The translations under genes and the position numbers were made by a program. From Candidatus Saccharimonadota bacterium (GTDB lineage Bacteria > Patescibacteriota > Saccharimonadia > Saccharimonadales > Saccharimonadaceae): 64,000 nucleotides of DNA. Under the pieces are notes generated by a model. It had not been told where the DNA came from and did no database searches. It saw only the letters and a program-made list of their open reading frames with translations. This document shows positions 8,309 to 16,594 of the stretch, piece after piece. The stretch spans positions 12,284 to 76,283 of the forward strand of contig JAFUBM010000005.1 of the NCBI GenBank assembly GCA_017460225.1. Reading direction: 5' to 3'. Numbering within the stretch: position 1 is the stretch's first letter; every line of letters starts with the position of its first letter.

Positions 8309-8337
8309 ATCTTACCGTCTCGCGATAGGGGTGTCAA
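8309..8337 (-). promoter_or_regulatory. Near-consensus sigma70 promoter for the 68-aa gene
   Basis: TTGACA (8337-8332), N17, TAAGAT (8314-8309). Confidence 0.8.
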
Positions 8338-8343
8338 GGGGTT

Positions 8344-9021
8344 TTAACGAGATTTCAAGAAGATTAAGGTAATTTCTAGGATAAGCCAGATAAGAAAGCG
8401 TATAAAAATTACAACACCCAGGAGAGCAGTAGCGAGGAGGACAAAGCCGGAAAGAGTGGGCGCCCAGAGGGGCGAGACAAACTCACGGCGATAGAGCTCG
8501 GTAGAGGGGAGGTCGGCGAGAATCGTGTCGCTGGCGATTTCTTCGGCGGGGTACTTGGCGAGCTCGGCTTGGTAGCAGGCGATGTGGTCTGGGTGGTTCC
8601 AGGTCCAACCGTAGCGGATGGCGAGCGGCCGACAGGCGGCGGAGGCGGCGGCGTAGATGTTGCCGTTGGGGTTGGAATCGTCAATCTCGGTCTCGGCGGC
8701 GCGCTCAAGGACGGCGGAGGCGGCGCGAAGATAGCTTTGCTCGAGATAAAATACGCCAGTGCCAAACTCGAGCTTTTTGAGGCCGTTTTCGTCGACGATG
8801 TTGACGACAATATGGCGGACGGTAAAATCTTGGAGAGCGTTAAGGGAAGCGGCTAAAGATTCGCTGTCCCCTGCCTCGTCGGCGGCAAGGACGGCGGAGC
8901 GGAGGTCGACCATCCGGAGATGATCTAGGCGGAGAGCAGTAGCGGAAACAAAGCAAAGCAAAATAAAGACAAGCAAAAGTTGCCAGGTCTTGATGGAAAA
9001 ATGTTTACGCTTGCCACCCAT
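8344..9021 (-). CDS. Two-TM membrane protein, hypothetical
   Basis: N- and C-terminal TMs; Cys pair in the loop; TGtTATAAT-N10-ATG. Confidence 0.75.
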   Translation of the reverse strand: MGGKRKHFSIKTWQLLLVFILLCFVSATALRLDHLRMVDLRSAVLAADEAGDSESLAASLNALQDFTVRHIVVNIVDENGLKKLEFGTGVFYLEQSYLRAASAVLERAAETEIDDSNPNGNIYAAASAACRPLAIRYGWTWNHPDHIACYQAELAKYPAEEIASDTILADLPSTELYRREFVSPLWAPTLSGFVLLATALLGVVIFIRFLIWLILEITLIFLKSR

Positions 9022-9063
9022 AGTTGGTGTTATTATAACACAGCGGCGTGCTATAATAAAGTT

Positions 9064-10308
9064 ATGAGAATATATATTTCTGGAATCTCGGGGACAGCGA
9101 TGGGGCCGCTGGCGCTAATGGCGAAAGAAGCGGGGATGGAGGTCTGTGGATCAGACCTGAGCCACGGAGCAGTGACGGAAGAGCTGGAAAAAGCCGGGAT
9201 TGAGGTGGCTATCGGAGAACAGGACGGTAACTTTTTGCAGAAAAAAGTCGACGACGGAGGGGTGGATTGGTTTGTTTATACATCGGCGCTGCCCAAAGAC
9301 CACAAGGAGCTAGCCTTGGCACACAAACTAGGACTGCACTGCTCAAAACGAGACGAGTTTATACAGACGCTAGTAGAACGACTGGGGTTGAAGATGGTAG
9401 CGGTGGCCGGGACGCACGGCAAGACCACGACGACCGCCGGAATCGTGTGGCTCTGCCGAGAATTGAAACTGCCGGTAGCCTGGCTAGTTGGGACGACGCT
9501 GGGATTTGCCGAGGCGGGGCGATATACTCCGGAGGCGAAATACTTGATTTATGAAGCGGATGAATACGACCGGAACTTCCTCTATTATCACCCGTGGCTC
9601 GCGCTAATCACGGCGGTGAGCTATGACCACCCAGACATTTATCCGACCGAGGAAGACTACAAGGCGGCGTTTGCGCAGTTTGTCCGACAGAGCCGTAAGA
9701 CGATTACGGAGACGGGGGGGCTAGAAAAGAAGCTAAGTCTAGCGGGAAAAGTACGACGGTTTGACCTGGCGATGGGAGTGCGCGCGGTACAGGAGATAGC
9801 GCGAGATTTGAAGCTACCCGAGGGAGGAGCGAGCGAAAAAGAGCTTCTAGCCATCGCGGATGAGTTCCCAGGAGTGGGACGCAGAATGGAAAAAATTGCG
9901 GAGGGAGTTTACTCCGACTACGCACACCATCCGGAGGAAATCCATGCGACGATCGAGATTGCGCGAGAAGAGGCAGAGCGAACGGGACGGCGAGGAGTCG
10001 TGGCGGTCTACGAGCCACACCAGAATGTCCGACAACACGAAGTGTTTGCAGGCTACCGCGAAGCGTTTTTGGGGCTAGAGAAGCTGTTTTGGTTGCCGAC
10101 GTACCTAACACGAGAGAATCCGGAACTGGCGATTTTGCGGCCGGAAGAGTTTATCAGTAGCTTGGAGAACTTTGAGATAGCAGAAGCGGCGGAGCGAGAC
10201 GAGAAGCTGGCGCTGAGATTAAAAAGTTACCTAGACGAAGGATATCTAGTCTTGATGATGACGGCGGGGCCAGGGGACGGGTGGCTTAGAGAGAACTTTG
10301 GGGAGTAG
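9064..10308 (+). CDS. murC: UDP-N-acetylmuramate--L-alanine ligase (MurC/Mpl family)
   Basis: ISGISGTAM, GTHGKTTT, EADEYD, DHPD, DYAHHPEEI. Start moved to 9064 (TGcTATAAT-N6-ATG). Confidence 0.85.
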   Translation: MRIYISGISGTAMGPLALMAKEAGMEVCGSDLSHGAVTEELEKAGIEVAIGEQDGNFLQKKVDDGGVDWFVYTSALPKDHKELALAHKLGLHCSKRDEFIQTLVERLGLKMVAVAGTHGKTTTTAGIVWLCRELKLPVAWLVGTTLGFAEAGRYTPEAKYLIYEADEYDRNFLYYHPWLALITAVSYDHPDIYPTEEDYKAAFAQFVRQSRKTITETGGLEKKLSLAGKVRRFDLAMGVRAVQEIARDLKLPEGGASEKELLAIADEFPGVGRRMEKIAEGVYSDYAHHPEEIHATIEIAREEAERTGRRGVVAVYEPHQNVRQHEVFAGYREAFLGLEKLFWLPTYLTRENPELAILRPEEFISSLENFEIAEAAERDEKLALRLKSYLDEGYLVLMMTAGPGDGWLRENFGE

Positions 10309-10320
10309 ACCGGCGCAAGG

Positions 10321-10698
10321 CTAGATACCTAACGATTCGTCGGAGAGGGGCGTAGCGCCGTAAGGGTCGCTAAACTCGTTGAGGCGATCAAGCTCAAGGC
10401 GGAGGTTTTTGAGGTATTCTTCTAGCGCCTCGCGAGTAATCTTGCCGGTGTCGGAGAAAACAAAATCAGCATCGTCTTTGTCCTTTTCGCTTTCGTCTTC
10501 TTCTGGGAGGAAGCCGGGACGGGAACGGTCGAGATAAATATCGCCGGAATCGTGATAGAGCTTGAGAGAGACGGCGGTAGTGAGGAAAGTAATGCCTACG
10601 GCGGAAGCGCCGAGAATCAAGAGATGCTTAGCGCCGGGGGTGAGATTTTGGGACGAGTCTGGAGCGGGGGTTTTATGGAAAGACGGGAGTTTAATCAT
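10321..10698 (-). CDS. Small single-pass membrane protein
   Basis: One TM and an acidic tail; overlaps the upstream stop (translational coupling). Confidence 0.7.
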   Translation of the reverse strand: MIKLPSFHKTPAPDSSQNLTPGAKHLLILGASAVGITFLTTAVSLKLYHDSGDIYLDRSRPGFLPEEDESEKDKDDADFVFSDTGKITREALEEYLKNLRLELDRLNEFSDPYGATPLSDESLGI

Positions 10699-11221
10699 CG
10701 AGATTCTCCTTGATAATCTCTACGGACTTGACGGAGTTAGTAAGGAGGGTGCTGATGGTCTTGACGTCATCTTGAAGAACTTCGCGCTTCTCGCGAGTAG
10801 AGACGAGCTTGTTGTAAAAGGTCTCTGGCTCAAGACGGCAGTCGATAGCGATAAGCTCCTCAAGGGACTTGGAATAGTCGATGTAGTCGGCGGAGAAGTT
10901 GGAGCGAGAGGTGGCGAGGGCGGTCTGGAGGTTGATCAGAGCAACGGAGGAGAGGTCGTTTTTGACGAGACGGAGGTTTAGCGGGGTAATGTATTTGGAG
11001 AGGGCGGTCTCGTAAATGGCGCCGTAGTAGGTGCGAGTGCGAGCGTCGGAGCGCTGGAGAAGTTTGAGGCTCTGGCGGATGGAGCCGCAGTTCTCGGAGA
11101 TTTGGTCGCGCTTTTTAGAAGAAAGCTGAGAGGATGATTCTTCGGCAAATGCCGAGGGAGCAAAGAGAAGGACGAAGAGCGCAAGAGCGAATGTTGTAAT
11201 TTTTGCAACGTTAGTCTTCAT
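10691..11221 (-). CDS. Secreted alpha-helical protein with two Cys
   Basis: Signal peptide ending AFA; ENC and IDC cysteines; coupled to the upstream gene. Confidence 0.75.
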   Translation of the reverse strand: MKTNVAKITTFALALFVLLFAPSAFAEESSSQLSSKKRDQISENCGSIRQSLKLLQRSDARTRTYYGAIYETALSKYITPLNLRLVKNDLSSVALINLQTALATSRSNFSADYIDYSKSLEELIAIDCRLEPETFYNKLVSTREKREVLQDDVKTISTLLTNSVKSVEIIKENLDD

Positions 11222-12305
11222 AGAGACCTAGGTGTTTACGGTTGTCGTAGAGGAGAGTAGGGATGCCTTTGATGTGGACTTGGTTAGTCGCGATGTCTTT
11301 GACTTGGGCGAGGATGGCGCTGACTTCGGCGGAGTCGCGGAGACGACCTAGCTCGGAGATTTCTTCTTCGCTGGCACCAAAATCGCGAAGCCAGGACTTA
11401 AGCTCGGCCTTGGCATCGGAATATGACAGGGAAGCAAAGTAGCTTTGGTAGATGATTCCCTTGTCGGTGCGCTCAGTAAAGAGGCGGTTTAGGAGCTTCA
11501 GACCGTAGCTGGTCTTAGCCTCGGCGTCTTGGTCGAGGAGGGCGGCGGCATAGAAATAGCGGGCAAAGAGCTCGGAGTTGGCAAACTTGTAGTCACCCTC
11601 GGAAAGCTCAATCGGGTAGGGCAAGAGAGCGGTGCGGTGGGTCTCGAAGAAGCCAGAGGAAAGTTGGTTCCGGAACGACATCATACAAGCAGAACAGCCA
11701 GGGTCGAGAATGTCGAGAGCAAAGGCGGCAGATTCGGCAGGGGCGGACTTTGACGGGTCGAGGACGGAGGCATCGACAAAAGTAGGGACCTCAAGGAAGT
11801 AATCCTCGGCGTGCCAGGATTTGATACGGTCGGGGAGCGCCTCAAAAATGTCGCCCCACTCGGTAAACCAGCGGCCGGTCTTCTGCCAAAAAGTCTTGGA
11901 CTCGTCTTCGTCGCCGAGAGAACAGGCTTCGGAGGAGAGGGTACAGGAGGCGGGACGGTCGACGTTGCAGGTGCCGAGCGCCCAAAGGGAAAGGAGGGAC
12001 TTGACGGACGTCAGGACGGCCCAGAGAAAGACGGCAACAAAAATTACGGACAGGACTTCTAGAATGACAGAGAGAGGCTTGAGCCAGCCGGGGTGGGAAA
12101 GCACGAGGCGTTTGAAGAGAGCGTTTTTGACATCGTCTTTGAAGTTGGTATCGCACTTTTGGAGGCGAACTTTTTTAGAGACGCAACCGAGGGATTTTTT
12201 GAAGACTTTCCAGTAGGCACGACCAATCTCGCGCTTGAAGATGGAGATGACGGCGACAAAGATGCCAATAATTCCGAGAATAATAAACGCAGCAATACAA
12301 ACCAT
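11211..12305 (-). CDS. Membrane-anchored DsbA/thioredoxin-fold protein
   Basis: Two N-terminal TMs; LDILDPGCSAC (CxxC); C-terminal IKGIPTL cis-Pro loop. Start moved to 12305. Confidence 0.7.
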   Translation of the reverse strand: MVCIAAFIILGIIGIFVAVISIFKREIGRAYWKVFKKSLGCVSKKVRLQKCDTNFKDDVKNALFKRLVLSHPGWLKPLSVILEVLSVIFVAVFLWAVLTSVKSLLSLWALGTCNVDRPASCTLSSEACSLGDEDESKTFWQKTGRWFTEWGDIFEALPDRIKSWHAEDYFLEVPTFVDASVLDPSKSAPAESAAFALDILDPGCSACMMSFRNQLSSGFFETHRTALLPYPIELSEGDYKFANSELFARYFYAAALLDQDAEAKTSYGLKLLNRLFTERTDKGIIYQSYFASLSYSDAKAELKSWLRDFGASEEEISELGRLRDSAEVSAILAQVKDIATNQVHIKGIPTLLYDNRKHLGLYED

Positions 12306-12352
12306 ATTTATTATTATACCAAGTTTGGGGAGCATTTGGTATAATGAAATTC
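12306..12352. promoter_or_regulatory. Divergent pair of leaderless extended -10 promoters
   Basis: TGgTATAAT-N7-ATG on both strands: -10 at 12318-12313 (minus) and at 12340-12345 (plus). Confidence 0.7.
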
Positions 12353-13513
12353 ATGAATGATTTTGACTATCTTAAAGCGGGGGAAGTATACGTCGATGCG
12401 GCGTGCCAGAGCTTGCGCCCGCGCCCAGTGCTAAACGCGCTAACCGAATACTACGAGAAGTTTAACTCGTGCGGGGAGCGGGTGAAATATTCGTGGGGAA
12501 TCGAGACGGACAAACGAGTAGAGGCGACGAGGGAGAAGGTTCTGAAATATCTCAAGCTCTCGCACCGCGATTATTTTGTCTCCTTTACGCTAAACACGAC
12601 TTATGGAATCAATTTGCTACTGTCGCAACTTGACGGGGAGCAATTTGATGTTGTAGTGACGAGCGATATTGAACATAATTCCCCGTTCTTGTCAACGATG
12701 ACGTTTGCGGAAAAATATGGCATGGAGAGAAAAATCCTGAGCCGGGGAGAGGATGGGAGCTTGCCGGTAGGCGAAATCCCGGAAAAAGCGGTGGCTGTGA
12801 TCAACGCGGCGTCGAACATCGACGGGCGAAAGCTAGTCAACATCAAAGATGTGGTGCGGCGCGTTCATAAAACTGGTGGAGTTGTCATTATCGATGCGGC
12901 GCAAGCGATGGCACACTCAAGCGACGTCTTGGAGAAGACTGAGGCGGACGCGATTTGTTTCTCGGCACATAAAATGTATGCCCCAAGCCTCGGAGGGATA
13001 GTGGTCCGGAAGGATTTGCTCCCAAAGATTAAGACGACGTTTATCGGCGGTGGAATGGTGGATGATTTAGACAAGGAAAGCTATTTGCTATCGAGCGAGA
13101 AAAATCCCGACCATCTCTACACGAAGTTTGAGAGTGGGCTGCAAGCCTGGGGGGAAATCATAGCACTAGGGGCGGCAATAGATTGGCTAGGGAAACTCAG
13201 CAAGAAAGAGCACAAAAATCTTGAGGCTAACTACACGGAGGTGTTTGAGTTTTTGAACGCGAGCGAGAAAGTGCACCTTGTAAACCGCGAGGCAAACCCA
13301 ACGATGAGCTTCTTTGTGGAGGGAATCGACTCGCACTTGCTCGGCGAGGCGCTGGGAGCGGAGAAAATTATGGCAAGGACGGGCTACTTCTGCGCGCATT
13401 ATTATCTGGACAAGGTGCGCCATTTGCCGCCGCTGGTCCGGTTCTCACTGGGCTACCATAATCGGCCGGAAGACGTGGAAAAAATTAAGAAAGTGATGGA
13501 GAAAATTGTATGA
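12353..13513 (+). CDS. Class V PLP aminotransferase, SufS/cysteine desulfurase-like
   Basis: YVDAAC, IEHNS, DAAQA, FSAHKM (PLP Lys), RTGYFCAH (catalytic Cys loop). Start is 12344 or 12353. Confidence 0.85.
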   Translation: MNDFDYLKAGEVYVDAACQSLRPRPVLNALTEYYEKFNSCGERVKYSWGIETDKRVEATREKVLKYLKLSHRDYFVSFTLNTTYGINLLLSQLDGEQFDVVVTSDIEHNSPFLSTMTFAEKYGMERKILSRGEDGSLPVGEIPEKAVAVINAASNIDGRKLVNIKDVVRRVHKTGGVVIIDAAQAMAHSSDVLEKTEADAICFSAHKMYAPSLGGIVVRKDLLPKIKTTFIGGGMVDDLDKESYLLSSEKNPDHLYTKFESGLQAWGEIIALGAAIDWLGKLSKKEHKNLEANYTEVFEFLNASEKVHLVNREANPTMSFFVEGIDSHLLGEALGAEKIMARTGYFCAHYYLDKVRHLPPLVRFSLGYHNRPEDVEKIKKVMEKIV

Positions 13514-14049
13514 AAAAAGAAAGAAAACAGCAGGCCGGGAAATACTTTATCTTTGGCGTAGTAAATACGCTGGTGAACTATGGGCTATATGAGGCGCTGG
13601 CGCTCTTGGTGTTTACGGCAGAAAACCAGCTCTGGCTGGCGACGCTAATCTCGGGAGTGGTGGGGATTTTTACGGGATACTATCTCCACTCGCGGTTTAC
13701 CTGGAAGGAACGCGAGGTTGGAAAGAAGGAACTGGGGAAGTTTTTTGTCTGGAACGTGGGGTTGGCGGTAGCAATCAAGCCGGCGTTAACCTGGATGCTT
13801 GAGCAACCGAAGTTCTTATATAAACTAGCTTACGACATCTGCCAGGCAATCCACGTCCCGTTCTCCTACGAGTTTGTGGAGACGACGGGAATCTTTGTGC
13901 TAATGACGGCGGTGGTGATGGTGATTAACTTTTTGGTCTATGACCGATTTGTCTTTGGGAAGAAGAAGGAAGAGAAGAACAGGGAAGAGATAGAGGTGAA
14001 GAGCGTTCGGAAGTCCCGAGAAGAAGTTGAGGGAAAGCGCGAAGCTTAG
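13510..14049 (+). CDS. GtrA family lipid-linked sugar flippase
   Basis: YFIFGVVNTLVNY...SRFTW...NFLVYDRFVF pattern; 3-4 TMs. Confidence 0.8.
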   Translation: MKKERKQQAGKYFIFGVVNTLVNYGLYEALALLVFTAENQLWLATLISGVVGIFTGYYLHSRFTWKEREVGKKELGKFFVWNVGLAVAIKPALTWMLEQPKFLYKLAYDICQAIHVPFSYEFVETTGIFVLMTAVVMVINFLVYDRFVFGKKKEEKNREEIEVKSVRKSREEVEGKREA

Positions 14050-15426
14050 AACGACGGCAAAAAGCAAGCATCTCTCGGGGAGGGCGAGAGATTTTTTGAG
14101 CATGAGAATGAGGTAGCCCGCGGCGAAGAGGGCGAGCAGAAGCCCGATAAGCCCGGTCTCGAGAAGGAGGGAAAGATATTCGTTTTGGACAATCTCAAAC
14201 TTGGTGTTGGTTTTCCCCCGCTCAAACATCAGCGTCCCGGCAGAGCCGAGGCCGGAGCCAAAGAGGAGCTGGGCCGGGGAAGAGACGGAGAGTTCGAGAG
14301 CGAGGCGATTAAAGCCGAGACGAACGTCAGTAGACTCGGCGACGTAACCGGAGAAGGTAGAAGAGCTGAGGGAGGAATCGAGAGGAAGAGTAGTGGTGGC
14401 GTCGAGAGAGTCGGAAGTGGCCGGCTCGCTGGCGGCCGAAGACCGCGGGGCGCCGTCGAGATCGAGCTCAAGCGCGCCAAGAGAAAGCTGTGAAATAGAT
14501 TTTTCTACCCCGGAGGCAAAAGTGTCGGTAGTGGGAGAGACGGCGGCAAAAATACCTTGGGCCAGAAGCGTAAAGAGGAAGCTAAAGAGCACGAGGGGGA
14601 GCGTCCGCCAGAGGCGGGAGTTTTTGAGCTTGACGAGATTTATGACGAAAAGAAAGAGATAGGCGACGGCAAAAGAGTAGATGGCGCCGCGAGAGAAAGT
14701 CAAAAACAGTGTAGAGAGAAAAACAAAGACGAGAGAAAGATGGGACGAGGCGGGAGCTATATGCATCCGAGGACGAGCGAAGAGGTAGAGCGAGTAGAGG
14801 GCGGGGGCGAGCAGGAGATTGCCCATAAACTGTGGCTCAATGGCGAAGCCGGAGGGATGCGGGAAGCCAAAAGAAAGAGAGGTACAACCAAGGCAGAGAA
14901 GAGTCGACTCGCGCGAGACGCCATAAACGTCGAGCAAGCACTGGAGCCAACAAAAGAGACAGACAGAGGCGGAGGAGTAGAGGAAAATACGCTCGAAGAG
15001 CGCCCGCTTAGAAGGGGCGAGGGGCGAGGGGCGGGACAATAAAGCGATAATGGAGATATAAAGACACCAGAGGACGCCGGCGGTAAGGATGGTACGGAGA
15101 GGGTGCAAGCTCCAGAAAAACGTCAGAGAAAGATAGAGAGGGAAGAGCAGGGTAAGAAGAGGAGCAGCGGAGGAAAATGACGGCGAACGGCGAAAGGCGC
15201 ACCAAGATTGTTTGAGGAAACGCCAGAAATCGCCAAGCGAAAGTAGAGCAAAAAGTAGAAGCCAGAGCAGGGCGAGCGAGAACTCAAAGTTCATGGAGTC
15301 GGACGTGGGAGCAAGAGTCAGAACGGGGTGATAGGAGAAAAAGAGAGCGGCTGGGAAAGTATAGAGGAGGCATAAGCGGAGCTTAGCGAGCGGATTTTTT
15401 AGAGGCTGATTTGACTTTTTTCTCAT
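13900..15426 (-). CDS. O-antigen ligase / oligosaccharyltransferase-like (Wzy_C/WaaL family) membrane protein
   Basis: ~12 TMs; EPQFMGNLL, TFSRGA, GSGLGSAG, QNEYLSLLLETGLIG. Confidence 0.8.
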   Translation of the reverse strand: MRKKSNQPLKNPLAKLRLCLLYTFPAALFFSYHPVLTLAPTSDSMNFEFSLALLWLLLFALLSLGDFWRFLKQSWCAFRRSPSFSSAAPLLTLLFPLYLSLTFFWSLHPLRTILTAGVLWCLYISIIALLSRPSPLAPSKRALFERIFLYSSASVCLFCWLQCLLDVYGVSRESTLLCLGCTSLSFGFPHPSGFAIEPQFMGNLLLAPALYSLYLFARPRMHIAPASSHLSLVFVFLSTLFLTFSRGAIYSFAVAYLFLFVINLVKLKNSRLWRTLPLVLFSFLFTLLAQGIFAAVSPTTDTFASGVEKSISQLSLGALELDLDGAPRSSAASEPATSDSLDATTTLPLDSSLSSSTFSGYVAESTDVRLGFNRLALELSVSSPAQLLFGSGLGSAGTLMFERGKTNTKFEIVQNEYLSLLLETGLIGLLLALFAAGYLILMLKKSLALPERCLLFAVVLSFALSLNFFSGLPNALHLYLFPVLLFLLLPKDKSVIDQKVNHHHHRRH

Positions 15427-16594
15427 TTGTGTTGTTTCCCTGTTTGACTTGTTCGATTATATATGCTTTAATTTCTTTTTTGAATCGTTCCTCGGCAAAG
15501 GGAACGGCCGAGCGACGAATTTTCTTCTCGTTAAACTTGAGGGTCTTAAAGCGACGAAGAGCTTGGCGGAGGGAGTTGACGGATTGCTTGCCAAAGAGGA
15601 CACCGTTTTCTCCGTCGATGACGTAATCAAGAGCGCCGCCGGCGCCATAGGCAATCACGGGGCAGCCACAGGCAAGCGCCTCAATCGGCGCGATGCCAAA
15701 AGGCTCAAGCGAGGGAAAGATATAACCCTCGGCGGACTCGAGATATTTTTTTAGACCTTGTTGGTCGGTCAGGGGGACAAACTTGATCAGCTTGGAACGG
15801 CGGGCGAGCTTCTTAAGGTGTTTGTGCTCCGGGCCTTCGCCGATGACCGTAAGAGGGACTTTGAGCTCAAGGCAAGCCTTGACAGCAAGGTCAAGACGTT
15901 TCCAAGTAACTTGACGAGAAGTAGTGACGAAGCCGTAGCGCGTACAATTTTCTTGTTCGGGTTTTTTCGCTTGACTTTTTTCGGTTTTATTTCCCTTTTT
16001 GCTTGTGGAAAAGTCTGTTGTGGAAAACTTTTCCACGGCGACGGGCGGAAAGATAATCTCTGCTTCCCTGTCATAAGCACGGCGAATCTCACCCTTGGCG
16101 TAGGTAGAGATGGTGATGAATCGGTCTGGGCGCTGAGCGGCTTTATAGTCGGCACGCTTCAGGGGCGGGAGAAAGAGTTTTAGGCCGAGGCGAGCAAGAG
16201 GGTTGAGGAGGCCAAAGCCAGGGTTCTTGAGGTAATCATCGCGCATACCCCAGTAATATTGCGTGGGGACGTGGCAATAGCAAAGATGGAGAGCGGTTCC
16301 CTTTTTGATGGACTTGGCCTCGGCGCCAGTGACGGAAATAATGAGGTCGTAGTTGGATAAATTGAGGTGGGAAAAATAGGCTTGGCGCAGAGGGCCGAGG
16401 AAACGGCGAAACGATAGCGGGAAGACCTGGAGCCAGCCAACGCGGACTTCCCTATTCTTGAACCAGTCAATCTTTTTGGGAGAATATTGGGAGGTGTAGA
16501 TAGGAGCGTCGGGGAAAAGATCGGAGACGGCCTTTAAGACGCGCTCGGCGCCGCCAACAGAAACGAGCCAGTCGCAAACGAGGGCGACTTTCAC
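15383..16594 (-). CDS. GT4 glycosyltransferase
   Basis: MKVALVCDWL...GGAERV, EPFGIAPIEALACG (EX7E). Confidence 0.9.
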   Translation of the reverse strand: MKVALVCDWLVSVGGAERVLKAVSDLFPDAPIYTSQYSPKKIDWFKNREVRVGWLQVFPLSFRRFLGPLRQAYFSHLNLSNYDLIISVTGAEAKSIKKGTALHLCYCHVPTQYYWGMRDDYLKNPGFGLLNPLARLGLKLFLPPLKRADYKAAQRPDRFITISTYAKGEIRRAYDREAEIIFPPVAVEKFSTTDFSTSKKGNKTEKSQAKKPEQENCTRYGFVTTSRQVTWKRLDLAVKACLELKVPLTVIGEGPEHKHLKKLARRSKLIKFVPLTDQQGLKKYLESAEGYIFPSLEPFGIAPIEALACGCPVIAYGAGGALDYVIDGENGVLFGKQSVNSLRQALRRFKTLKFNEKKIRRSAVPFAEERFKKEIKAYIIEQVKQGNNTNEKKVKSASKKSAR

